Source: Eledone cirrhosa
Taxonomy: Eukaryota
Length of the DNA stretch: 64,000 nucleotides
Reading direction: 5' to 3'
NCBI GenBank assembly: GCA_964016885.1
Contig: OZ024766.1
Span: 14,384,001-14,448,000 of the forward strand
The notes below the pieces were generated by a model, which made no database searches, was not told where the DNA came from, and saw nothing but the letters and a program-made list of their open reading frames with translations. This document shows positions 1 through 12,200 of this stretch, piece by piece (the stretch's first letter is position 1; each line of letters opens with the position of its first letter). The position numbers and the translations under genes were made by a program.

Positions 1-816
1 GCTATGGAGTGTCTCGTCAGCAGGCCACATTGCTATGTAGTGTCTCACCAGCAGGCCACATAGCTATGGAGTGTCTCACCAGCAGGCCACATTGCTATGT
101 AGTGTCTCGTCAGCAGGCCACATAGCTATGCAGTATCTCATCAGCAGGCCGCATTGCTATGTAGTGTCTCGTCGGCAGGCCATGATATAAAATAAGTAAT
201 GAGAACATATGTAAAAATGAATGCAGTAATATAATAAAATACTCTGACAATTTTAATAAACTCTGACAAAGCCATGACACCTGGCAGTGTATTTAAACCA
301 GGGTTGCCATTTGTTCATTGAACATATTTACTTCTAATAATACTGAACACTTTTAACATAGAAAAATAAATAAACATTGATTATTATCAAATACAGTCCC
401 TTACAGATGTTTTACTAGGAGACAGCTAACTAAAATGAACAATTTTGAGGATGAAATGAAATAACTATGTCAGACATACTGACTTTTTTAGGTAAGTCTG
501 GGTCATTTCACATCCCTGCCATACAGATACTATGTATGTACATATATACACGAATACACACACACAGTCCCTTTGACCTCGATGTCTGATTATTCTATCT
601 CTCTGAGTTTGATTGTTTCTTACTGTCACATTAAAACATTACGTTCAGTTAAGTGAGTCTTGTGGTTAGACGTGTTCTCTAGTTGGTATTTTAATCCCAA
701 ATAATTCAGAACACTTTTTCAGGGGATCGCTTAGTCTAAGATTGAAACCTGTCGGCAGGCCAGATGTGGCCCGCGGGCCAGATGTGGCCTACGGGCCAGG
801 GATTTAATGACCCCTA
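1..816 (+). mobile_element. 3' part of duplicated hAT-type MITE
   Basis: Near-identical to about 3830-4614; ends ...atgaccccta followed by ATCTATAC. Confidence 0.75.
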
Positions 817-1371
817 ATCTATACTATAGTGATATCAACTATTTTATATCTATATCATCTGTACTATATCCCTACAACCTATATTATATCTATAGCTATA
901 CTATATCTATTCCTCTATATTATATCTATTGAAGGCGCAAGGATTAGTGGTAAGAGCGTCAGGCTTACAATCATAAAGTTGTGAGTTCGATGCCTGAATC
1001 TTACTGTGTTTTGTGTTCTTGAACAACTCACTTTATTTCATGTTGCTCAAGATACTCTGCTATAGAAATGAGTTGTGATGTCACACTTTCAATAGGAACA
1101 CACACCTGTCTCTCAGTTACACCTGCTGTTGTTTTATTTCAATATATTATGCTACAACAAAGTTATGCTACATCACTTATCTTATTAGAAATATGGTAAT
1201 GAAAGGGTTAATGACATAGACAGTGTCTTTCATTATAAATGTGGTAATGAAAGGGTTAATGACATAGACAGTGTCTTTCATTAGAAATGTGGTAATGAAA
1301 GGGTTAATGACATAGACAGTGTCTTTCATTAGAAATGTGGTAATGAAAGGGTTAATTACTACACCATATAC

Positions 1372-1509
1372 CTGTATGACAGTTGCTACCTTCATAACCA
1401 GCAGCACATCCTCCACTAGAACACACACCTGTCTGTTTGTTACATTTACTGTTGTCAACACAGTGACATGTGTTGCCACAGTTGGCTCCAAATTTACCTG
1501 ATTTACAGA
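1372..1509 (-). CDS. EGF-like exon (VCKSGKFGANCGNTCHCVDNSKCNKQTGVCSSGGCAAGYEGSNCHT)
   Basis: 138 nt, phase 1-1, tttccag acceptor and G|GTATAT donor; intact. The gene probably continues off the window start. Confidence 0.85.
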
Positions 1510-1617
1510 CTGGAAATAAAATATGAGAACAATGACAATTATAACAACATTTACACTATACAAGATAATAAATATCATAATATTATATCATCTATATTAT
1601 AGTGTTGTCATCTATAC

Positions 1618-4614
1618 CAGAGGTCGGCATCCTTTTGGGGTGTGCGGGCCACATTGCTATGGAGTGCCACACAGGCAGGCCACATTTCTATGCAGTGTCT
1701 CACTGGCAGGCCACATTGTTACGAAGTGTCTTGTCAGTTGCTCACATTGCTATACAGTGTCTTGTCAGCAGGCCACATTGCTATGGAGTGTCTTGTCAGC
1801 AGGCCACATTGCTATGGAGTGTCTTGTCAGCAGGCCACATAGCTATGGAGTGTCTTGTCAGCAGGCCACATAGCTATGGAGTGTCTCACCAGCAGGCCAC
1901 ATTGCTATGGAGTGTCTTGTCAGCAGCCCACATAGCTATGGAGTGTCTTGTCAGCAGCCCACATAGCTATGGAGTGTCTTGTCAGCAGGCCACATTGCTA
2001 TACAGTATCTTGTCAGCAGGCCACATAGCTATGGAGTGTCTCACCAGCAGGCCACATTGCTATGGAGTGTCTTGTCAGCAGGCCACATAGCTATGGAGTG
2101 TCTTGTCAGCAGGCCACATAGCTATGGAGTGTCTCACCAGCAGGCCACATAGCTATGTAGTGTCTTGTCAGCAGGCCACATAGCTATACAGTGTCTTGTC
2201 AGCAGGCCACATAGCTATGTAGTGTCTAACCAGCAGGCCACATAGCTATGTAGTGTCTTGTCAACAGGCCACATAGCTATGGAGTGTCTCACCAGCAGGC
2301 CACATAGCTATGTAGTGTGTCACCAGCAGGCCACATAGCTATGGAGTGTCTCACCAGCAGGCCACATAGCTATGGAGTGTCTTGTCAGCAGGCCACATTG
2401 CAATGCAGTGTTTCACCAGCAGGCCACATAGCTATGGAGTGTCTCACCAGCAGGCCACATAGCTATGGAGTGTCTCACCAGCAGGCCACATAGCTATGGA
2501 GTGTCTCACCAGCAGGCCACATAGCTATGTAGTGTCTCACCAGCAGGCCACATAGCTATGTAGTGTCTCACCAGCAGGCCACATAGCTATGTAGTGTCTT
2601 GTCAGCAGGCCACATAGCTATGGAGTGTCTCACCAGCAGGCCACATAGCTATGTAGTGTCTCACCAGCAGGCCACATAGCTATGGAGTGTCTCACCAGCA
2701 GGCCACATAGCTATAGAGTGTCTTGTCAGCAGGCCACATTGCAATGCAGTGTTTCACCAGCAGGCCACATAGCTATGGAGTGTCTCACCAGCAGGCCACA
2801 TAGCTATGGAGTGTCTCACCAGCAGGCCACATAGCTATGTAGTGTCTCACCAGCAGGCCACATAGCTACTTAGTGTCTTGTCAGCAGGCCACATTGCAAT
2901 GCAGTGTTTCACCAGCAGGCCACATAGCTATGCAGTGTCTCACCAGCAGGCCACATAGCTATGGAGTGTCTCACCAGCAGGCCACATAGCTATGTAGTGT
3001 CTTGTCAGCAGGCCACATAGCTATACAGTGTCTTGTCAGCAGGCCACATAGCTATGGAGTGTCTCACCAGCAGGCCACATAGCTATGGAGTGTCTCACCA
3101 GCAGGCCACATAGCTATGGAGTGTCTCACCAGCAGATCACATAGCTATGGAGTGTCTCACCAGCAGGCCACATAGCTATGTAGTGTCTTGTCAGCAGGCC
3201 ACATAGCTATACAGTGTCTTGTCAGCAGGCCACATAGCTATGGAGTGTCTCACCAGCAGGCCACATTGCTATGCAGTGTCTTGTCAGCAGGCCACATAGC
3301 TATGTAGTGTCTCACCAGCAGGCCACATAGCTATGTAGTGTCTTGTCAGCAGGCCACATAGCTATACAGTGTTTTGTCAGCAGGCCACATAGCTATGGAG
3401 TGTCTCACCAGCAGGCCACATAGCTATGGAGTGTCTCACCAGCAGGCCACATTGCTATGTAGTGTCTCACCAGCAGGCCACATAGCTATGCAGTGTCTCA
3501 CCAGCAGGCCACATTGCTATGCAGTGTCTTGTCAGCAGGCCACATAGCTATGCAGTGTCTCACCAGCAGGCCACATAGCTATCTAGTGTCTCACCAGCAG
3601 GCCTCATAGCTATGTAGTGTCTCGTCAGCAGGCCACATAGCTATAGAGTGTCTCACCAGCAGGCCACATAGCTATGTAGTGTCTTGTCAGCAGGCCACAT
3701 AGCTATGGAGTGTTTCACCAGCAGGCCACATAGCTATGTAGTGTCTCGTCAGCAGGCCACATAGCTATGCAGTGTCTTGTCAGCAGGCCACATTGCTATG
3801 TAGTGTCTCGTCAGCAGGCCACATTGCTATGTAGTGTCTCGTCAGCAGGACACATAGCTATGTAGTGTCTCGTCAGCAGGCCACATTGCTATGTAGTGTC
3901 TCGTCAGCAGGACACATAGCTATGGAGTGTCTCACCAGCAGGCCACATAGCTATGGAATGTCTCACCAGCAGGCCACATTGCTATGTAGTGTCTCGTTGG
4001 CAGGCCATGATATCAAATAAGTAATGAGAACATATGTAAAAAGAATGCAGTAATATAATAAAATACTCTGACAGTTTTAATAAACTCTGACAAAGCCATG
4101 ACACCTGGCAGTGTATTTAAACCAGGGTTGCCATTTGTTCATTGAACATATTTACTTCTAATAATACTGAACACTTTTAACATAGAAAAATAAATAAACA
4201 TTGATTATTATCAAATACAGTCCCTTACAGATGTTTTACTAGGAGACAGCTAACTAAAATGAACAATTTTGAGGATGAAATGAAATAACTATGTCAGACA
4301 TACTGACTTTTTTAGGTAAGTCTGGGTCATTTCACATCCCTGCCATACAGATACTATGTATGTACATATATACACGAATACACACACACAGTCCCTTTGA
4401 CCTCGATGTCTGACTATTGTATCTCTCTGAGTTTGATTGTTTCTTACTGTCACATTAAAACATTACGTTCAGTTAAGTGAGTCTTGTGGTTAGACGTGTT
4501 CTCTAGTTGGTATTTTAATCCCAAATAATTCGGAACAATTTTTAAGGGGATCGCTTAGTCTAAGATTAAAACCTGTCGGCAGGCCAGATGTGGCCAGGGA
4601 TTTGATGACCCCTA
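1618..4614 (+). mobile_element. hAT (Charlie-like) non-autonomous element containing the 31-bp satellite
   Basis: Ends CAGAGGTCGGCATCC and GGATTTGATGACCCCTA; GGGCCACA/TGTGGCC subterminal motifs; perfect 8-bp TSD ATCTATAC at 1610-1617 and 4615-4622. Confidence 0.8.
1645..4007. repeat. 31-bp minisatellite, ~75 copies (also 1-182)
   Basis: Unit gcaggccacatagctatggagtgtctcacca. Confidence 0.97.
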
Positions 4615-4983
4615 ATCTATACTATAGTGATATCAACTATTTTATATCTATATCATCTGTACTATATCCCTACAACCTATATTATATCTATAGCTATACT
4701 ATATCTATTCCTCTATATTATATCTATTGAAGGCGCAAGGATTAGTGGTAAGAGCGTCAGGCTTACAATCATAAAGTTGTGAGTTCGATGCCTGAATCTT
4801 GCTGTGTTTTGTGTTCTTGAACAACTCACTTTATTTCATGTTGCTCAAGATACTCTGCTATAGAAATGAGTTGTGATGTCAAACTTTCAATAAGAACACA
4901 CACCTGTCTCTAAGTTACACCTGCTGTTGTTTTGTTTCAATATATTATGCTACAACAAAGTTATGCTACATCACTTACCTTAT

Positions 4984-5960
4984 TAGAAATATGGTAATGA
5001 AAGGGTTAATGACATAGACAGTGTCTTTCATTAGAAATATGGTAATGAAAGGGTTAATGACATAGACAGTGTCTTTCATTAGAAATATGGTAATGAAAGG
5101 GTTAATGACATATACAGTGTCTTTCATTAGAAATATGGTAATGAAAGGGTTAATGACATAGACAGTGTCTTTCATTAGATATATGGTAATGAAAGGGTTA
5201 ATGACATAGGCAGTGTCTTTCTTTAGAAATATGGTAATGAAAGGGTTAATGACATAGACAGTGTCTTTCATTAGAAATATGGTAATGAAAGGGTTAATGA
5301 CATATACAGTGTCCTTCATTAGAAATATGGTAATGAAAGGCTTAATGACATAGACAGTGTCTTTCATTAGAAATATGGTAATGAAAGGGTTAATGACATA
5401 GAGTGTCTTTCATTAGATATATGGTAATGAAAGTGTTAATGACATAGACAGTGTCTTTCATTAGAAATATGGTAATGAAATGGTTAATGACATATACAGT
5501 ATCTTTCATTAGAAATATGGTAATGAAAGGGTTAATGACATATACAGTGTCCTTCATTAGAAATATGGTAATGAAAGGGTTAATGACATAGACAGTGTCT
5601 TTCATTAGAAATATGGTAATGAAAGGGTTAATGACATAGAGTGTCTTTCATTAGAAATATGGTAATGAAAGGGTTAATGACATATACAGTGTCCTTCATT
5701 AGAAATATGGTAATGAAAGGGTTAATGACATATACAGTGTCCTTCATTAGAAATATGGTAATGAAAGGGTTAATGACATAGACAGTGTCTTTAAGTAGAG
5801 ATATGTAATGAAAGTTTTAATGACATGTCTTTAAGTAGAAATATGGTAATGAAAGAGTTAATGACATAGACAGTGTCTTTCATTAGAAATATGGTAATGA
5901 AAGGGTTAATGACATATACAGTGTCTTTCATTAGAAATATGGTAATAGGAAGTTTAATTA
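4984..5960. repeat. 48-bp minisatellite, ~20 copies (~3.5 copies at 1185-1356)
   Basis: Unit ttagaaatatggtaatgaaagggttaatgacatagacagtgtctttca. Confidence 0.97.
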
Positions 5961-5972
5961 CTATACTACTTA

Positions 5973-6190
5973 CCTCTCTGACAGTTGCTACCTTCATAAC
6001 CAGCAGCACATCCTCCACTAGAACATACACCTGTCTCTATGTTACACCTGATGTTGTTTTGTTTCAATATATTAAGCTACAGACTAAGCTATACTACACA
6101 ACACACTTCATTGGAACACACACCTGTCGCTGTGTTACATCTCGCTGTTTGTTACACCTCTCTGTATGTTACACCTGCTGTTGTCTTGAC
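5973..6190 (-). pseudogene. 3'-half EGF exon fragment and short exon-derived relics
   Basis: ...TGVCSSGGCAAGYEGSNCQR with GTAAGT donor but no 5' half; further acacacctgtc/gttacacctgctg fragments nearby. Confidence 0.7.
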
Positions 6191-6233
6191 CCACTATATT
6201 AAGTTATAAACAAAGCTATACTACACCACTTAC

Positions 6234-6370
6234 CTGTCTGACAGTTGCTACCTTCATAACCAGCAGTACATCCTCCACTAGAACACACACCTGTCTGTTT
6301 GTTATATTTACTGTTGTCAACACAGTGACATGTGTTGCCACATTGGCTCCAAATATACCATTTCTACAGA
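6234..6370 (-). pseudogene. EGF exon copy with 1-nt deletion
   Basis: 137 nt; both splice sites intact. GCCAATGTGGC here versus GCCAACTGTGGC in the 1372-1509 paralog; also a Cys>Tyr change. Confidence 0.8.
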
Positions 6371-6433
6371 CTGTGGAAATAAAAATATGAGAACAATGAC
6401 AACAACAACAACATATAACACTATACAAGATAA

Positions 6434-7150
6434 TCATCATCCTCATCATTACCATATAATGTCCATTTTCTATGCTAGCATGGGTTAGATATACTGTCCC
6501 ATTGTGAGAAAAGTTGGGTCAGATGGCCATGTCTTGCTTATGCAGAACTGATTTGGGATTGGTTTTGATGGCTGGATGCCCTTCCAAATGCCAACCACTT
6601 TACAGTGTGGACTGGGCACTTTTTGTTGTGTCACCAACTTGACCACTTTACAATGAGAGCTGAGCACTTTTTGTTGTGGCATTATCACAACCATTTTACA
6701 GTGTGTGCTGGGCACTTTTTGTTGTGGCATTATCACAACCATTTTACAGTGTGTGCTGGGCACTTTTTGTTGTGGCACTATCACAACCATTTTACAGTGT
6801 CGGCTGGGCACTTTTTGTTGTGACACTATCACAAGCACTTTATAGTGTGGGCTGGGCATTTTTGTTGTGGCACTATCACAACCACTTTACAATGAGGGCT
6901 GGGCACATTTTGTGTCACCAACATGACCACTTTATAGTGTGGGCTGGGCATTTTCGTTGTGGCACTATCACAACCACTTTACAGTGTGGACTGGGGACTT
7001 GAGTGGGGCAGTTGCATGGGGATTGAGGAGGTAGATTTAGGGGCATGGGTGAGGGGTGGGGATTTAGTAGCTCACTGACCTTTCTTCAACCCATTCTCAC
7101 ACTGGCTACTGTGCTTTCAGAACACCTTCCTCCACTGCAAGTAACAGAAA
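6434..7150 (-). mobile_element. RTE-type 3' end with internal 48-bp tandem repeat (6590-7000)
   Basis: (CAT)n tail, ggatgcccttcc motif and about 8 copies of a ...ccactttacagtgtgggctgggcac... unit. Confidence 0.75.
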
Positions 7151-7159
7151 CTATGTACC

Positions 7160-7355
7160 ACTTCTTCATAACCAGCACCACACCCTCTACTGTAACACAC
7201 CTGTCTTACAGTTGCTATCTTCATAACCATCACCACACACTTCACTGGAACACACACCTGTCTCTGTGTTACATCTAGCTGTTTGTTACACCTGCTGTTG
7301 TTAGTACAGTGACATGTGTGTTTACAGTTAGGTCCAAATTTACCTGTTTTACACC
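7160..7355 (-). pseudogene. Scrambled EGF exon copy
   Basis: Acceptor ttttcag then CKTGKFGPNCKHTCHCTNNSRCNKQ, followed by internal duplications and frameshifts; no donor. Confidence 0.75.
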
Positions 7356-7518
7356 CTGAAAATAAAAATATGGAATGTTCTGCATGAGTATGCGGTCGAA
7401 GGACAGCTCCTTGCTCCGATAAATCATGTCACTTCTAACACATGTAGCATACATGTTTCCCTTCCATGTAATAACCCAATATATTAAGTTAGAAACAAAG
7501 CTATACTACACCACTTAC

Positions 7519-7656
7519 CTGTCTGACAGTTGCTACCTTCATAACCAGCAGCACATCCTCCACTAGAACACACACCTGTCTCTTTGTTACACCTGCTGTT
7601 ATCAGCACAGTGACATGTGTATTTACAGTTGGGTCCAAATTTACCTGTTTTACAGA
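7519..7656 (-). pseudogene. EGF exon copy with intact frame but TG at acceptor
   Basis: 138 nt, near-identical to 8383-8520. The acceptor reads ccgactg (no AG); donor GTAAGT intact. Confidence 0.8.
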
Positions 7657-7754
7657 CAGTCGGTATTAAATATGAGAACAATGACAATTACAGCAACATA
7701 TAACACTATACAAGATAATAAATATCATAATTATATCATCTATATATATATGGT

Positions 7755-8128
7755 GGCACATGGCTTAATGGTTAGAGCATTGGCCTTGCAATCGAAAGGT
7801 TGTGAGTTAAATTCTCAGACCGGGTGATGTGTTGTTTCCTTGAGCAAGACACTTTATTGCTCCAGTTTACTCAGCTGTAGAAATGAGATGATAGGGACTG
7901 GGGTCCCTATCATTCCACTGCAAAGTGGTCGTGGAGGTGCCATGGCAAAAAAGCACCCAGTACTCACTGTAAATAAGGTTGGTGTTAGGAAGGGCATCCA
8001 GCTGTAGAAATCAAGCCAGAATCAGTTTCCGTCCCACCCTTGCAAGCAGGGAAAAGCGAACGTAAAATGATGATGAGTCTAACCCATGCTGGCGTGGAAG
8101 ATGGACGTTAAACGAAGATGATGATGAT
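7755..8128 (+). mobile_element. tRNA-derived SINE with RTE-like 3' tail
   Basis: A-box-like tggcttaatggttagagc and B-box-like gagttaaattc; tail ggaagggcatccagc...ggacgttaaacgaagatgatgat. Related heads at 931-1085, 4729-4880, 23604-23770, 23950-24195(-), 26983-27525, 29328-29725, 41268-41457 and 58050-58290. Confidence 0.85.
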
Positions 8129-8382
8129 ATTATAGTGTTGTCATCTATGATATAGTGATATCATCTATACTATATCTCTACAACCTATATGATATCTATA
8201 TCCTATATATTATATCTAATCATCTGTATTATATCTATATCATCTGTATTATATCTATATCATCTGTATTATATCTATATCATCATAACCAGCATCACAC
8301 CTGTCTCTGTCTGTTTTTTTACACCTGCTGTTGTTTTGTTTCATATATCAAGTTAGAAACAAATCTGTACTACAGTACTTAC

Positions 8383-8520
8383 CTGTTTGACAGTTGCTAC
8401 CTTCATAACCAGCAGCACATCCTCCACTTGAACACACACCTGTCTCTTTGTTACACCTGCTGTTATCTGCGCAGTGACATGTGTATTTACAGTTGGCTCC
8501 AAATTTACCTGTTTTACAGA
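8383..8520 (-). CDS. EGF-like exon (xCKTGKFGANCKYTCHCADNSRCNKETGVCSSGGCAAGYEGSNCQT)
   Basis: 138 nt, phase 1-1, ttttcag and G|GTAAGT; intact. Confidence 0.9.
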
Positions 8521-8874
8521 CTGAAAATAAAAATATGGAAGTCTAAATATATTTAATAATTCACATTAATTTCTGATATTTTCATATTTTACATGGTAGA
8601 CATTATTTGAATTTTGAAAATGTGAGACCAGAGAAATTGCTTCATGTGACACTGTAAGAAAACATTAAAGAAAACATTAAAAAAATGAAATGTATATCTT
8701 CTTCTTTATCATTAAGAATGTCAGCAGCAGCAGCAGCAGCACCACACACACACACACATATATATATACAGAGAGAGAGAGAAGAGAGAGAGTAGTTAAT
8801 AATAAATACAAAGACCAAAATCTAGAGAGGGCTCAATAAGATAAGAGTTTTATGTATATGTATATATATGTATC

Positions 8875-9189
8875 AACATCATCATCATTTTACGTCCACT
8901 TTTCCCTGGTTGCGAGGGTGGGATGGCTTGATTTCTACAGCTGGATGCCCTTCCTAACACCAACCTTATTTACAGTGAGTGCTGGGGGCTTTTTTGCTGT
9001 GGCACCTCCACGACCACTTTACAGTGGAATGATAGGGACCGCAATCCCTATCATCTCATTTCTACAGCTGAGTAAACTGGAGCAATGTGAAATAAAGTGT
9101 CTTGCTCAAGGAAACAACACATCACCCGGTTTGAGAATTGAACTCACAACCTTTTGATTGCAAGGCCAATGCTCTAACCACTAAGCCAT
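8875..9189 (-). mobile_element. tRNA-derived SINE (same family) flanked by ~80-bp direct repeats
   Basis: Reverse complement of the 7755-8128 family; flanks 8770-8848 and 9190-9268 are near-identical. Confidence 0.85.
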
Positions 9190-9269
9190 AGAGAGAGAGA
9201 GAAGTGAGAGAGTAGTTAATAATAAATACAAACACCAAAATCTGGAGAGGGCTCAATAAGATAAGAGTT

Positions 9270-12200
9270 ATCATCATCATCATCATCATCGTTTAACGTC
9301 CCTGTTCCACGCTTGCATGGGTTTGGACGGGAGTTTTCCGACTTGAGGCAAGAGTGGTTGTCTTGCTCGCATAGGACTGTCTGGCGGGTTTTCTACAGCT
9401 GGATGCCCTTCCTAACACCAACCACATTTACAGTGTGGGGCTGGGAGGTTTTTACCGTGTTGCCTACACGGCCACATTACAGCGTGGACTGTGTTTTTTT
9501 GTCGTGACACCTACACGATCTCATTTGTTTCGGCCTGGATGTTGTGGTACCAACATAACTTTACATGGAAAGGGGCGGTGTGGATGGGGTGGGGGTGTGG
9601 GTAGTGGGTGAATTTTGTTAGATATGCCTACTGACTGTAGTAGGTTTTACTTTGTATTTAGGTAAGGCGGGTCTTCTCTATTACTGAGTACCGCCAAAGG
9701 TCTCGGTCCAGTGACATTGTCTTGGAGAGGTGTAAGTGTGTGAGGTCGGAATTTATCAGCTCGTCCCAGGTTTTTCTGGGTCTGCCTACTCCGTGGCTAC
9801 CGTCTATCTTTATTGCCCTGCACTTTGTTATACAGTTGTCGTCTTTCATGCGCATCACGTGACCATACCAACGTAGCCTTCTCTCGGGTAAACAACATCT
9901 GATCCCTCTTATTTCTAATTTTTTCCTTAGTTCGTTTATGCTCTGCCGTTCACGTATATTACTATTACACATCCAGCGGAGCATGCAAGCTTCGTTCCTC
10001 TCTAGTCTGCGTATATCCTCTGCACACAATGCCCAGGTCTCACTGCCATGCAACATTGCTGTTCGTATGCAGGCATAATACAACCTGCCTTTCATTCTTA
10101 GGGAGAACCCTTTAGCGGCTAATAGTGGTTGTAGCGGTTGTCTCCCTTGTTGTGACTCACAACCCCAATAGATTAACAACATCTAGACGGGAAGTAGAAC
10201 CCTTTCTGTAACTTCTGGTCAGAACCCTATAAAACTAACAACTTTAAGTTCTCATTCTCTCATTTGCCCTTCCAGCGCCTGGCCCTCGCCAGGCGTCTCG
10301 CCTTTACCAGGCGTCTCGCCTTTGCCTGGCAATCAAAACGGTAACTACTAACTTTGCTTCATTCTATCATCTATTTCTTTGACATGTCAACTATACTGTT
10401 CTATATATATCCATGATTGTTAATTAAATATTATACACACAAACCATGTCTCCTTGTTACATTCATACAACCCAGTATCTACGCTATATGGTATAAGCTC
10501 TCTGAACTTTTTCCATCCAGTTCTGACTCTAGCTACTGTACTTACAGAGCACCCTCCCCCACTGCTGATTTTGTCACCCAGGTAACGGAAGCTGTCCACT
10601 ATTTCTATAGAACCCTCTGCGCAATTGAAAGAGCTAGTATTCTGTGGGCACTTGCTGCTACTTATTGCACCAGAGCACCGGCCACATGTAAAATCTATGT
10701 TCTTAGTAAGCTTACCTGTGATCCCACTACATCTTTTATGCATCCATACTTTGCATTTGGGACATAAAATGGAGTTTCTACCTACGCCTTTCCTACACAC
10801 TGAGCATGGCCACTTCCCGGAAGGGACCGCCGCCTTATTTTCTTTCTTACAAACTAGAACTTTAGTCTTAGCCAGGTTAATTTTAAGGCCTTTTGATTCT
10901 AGGCCATGTTTGGAATTTCTTCTCTAGCTCGGCCATTGATTCAGCTATGAGCGTTAGATCATCTGCGTATAGGAGTTCCTATGGGCAGCCGGTCTTGAAC
11001 TCCTCTGTTATAGCCTGAAGGACAATAATAAATAGTAGGGGGCTAAGAACAGAGCCTTGATGGACACCAACTTTTACGCTAAACTCTTCACTATATTTGT
11101 TGTTAATTCTAACCTTACTGACTGTTTCTTTATACATGGCTTGTATAGCTCTCACAAGCCATTCATAAACACCGAGTTTTCTAAGAGCCCACCAGATAAT
11201 GGAATGGGGGACTCTGTCGAAGGCTTTCTCCAAGTCGACAAAAGCTAAGTATAGGGGTTTACTTTTAGCTAGGTACTTCTCCTGTAGTTGTCGTACAATG
11301 AAAAGAGCGTCTGTGGTACTTTTGCCTGACACAAACCCGAACTGCATTTCATCTAGATCAATTCTCTCTCTGATTAGTTGCGCTATTACTTTTTCTGTGA
11401 CCTTCATGACCTGGTCGATTAATTTAATGCCTCTATAGTTACTCCTATCTAGGGCATCTCCTTTACCCTTGTAACAGTTAATGATGCTGCTGCTACGCCA
11501 GTCCTTCGGAACAACCCCATTCTGTACGACTTGGTTTACTATCCGGGTGACCATGGTGTGTCCCACCGTTCCAGATGCCTTCAGTATCTCAGCAACTATT
11601 TCCGAAGGCCCAGCCGCCTTACCCGTCTTCATATCTTTGATTGCCTTACTTATTATACTACCCTCGACTAACACTGCTGGTCCCTCTATTGGATCGATGT
11701 GGGGGAGACTGTCTTTCTCCCATTTATTCTCCTCATTTAGTAGCCTTTCGTAGTGACACTTCCAAGCTACCTTCTTATCAGCATCGGTGATGGCAAGTAC
11801 GCCATCATCATTAAGTACACACTTCTCCCCAACAATATCACGGTTTTCCTTGACACATTGCCTAGCAATCCTGAACACCTCACGTTTTTGGTCCTCGCAT
11901 TGTAGTACATGCTTGGACTTTCTTTCCTCTGCTTCCCTTCTTTCGAAGTACACTTGTCTCCTAGCTTCCCTCCTGGCCACTTGATAGTTTTCTCTACTTC
12001 CCCATCCCGCCATACTTTCCAAGCCTGCTTTTTGGCCTTAATTGACCCCTCTACCTTACTGTTCCACCACCATGTTACTCTCCTCCTGCCTACAGGCCTG
12101 CTCCAGCCACAGACTTCATCTGCCGCCATCAGCAGGTTTGCTTTCAGGAATTCCCACTGTTCCTCTATATTGTACGACTCTAATTGCTCTTCCTTACTGT

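Noticed and set aside
1177-1578. 133-aa hydrophobic ORF from the ORF track
   Set aside because: Wrong-frame reading of the EGF exon plus the 48-bp repeat; the real frame is the Cys-rich one.
1645-4007. CRISPR-like appearance of the 31-bp, 44-bp and 48-bp arrays
   Set aside because: Head-to-tail repeats with no unique spacers, no cas genes, eukaryotic context.
7755-7830. Possible tRNA genes (also 931, 23604, 29328, 41268, 54400-54620)
   Set aside because: A/B-box-like heads continue into SINE bodies or lack a full cloverleaf; treated as tRNA-derived.
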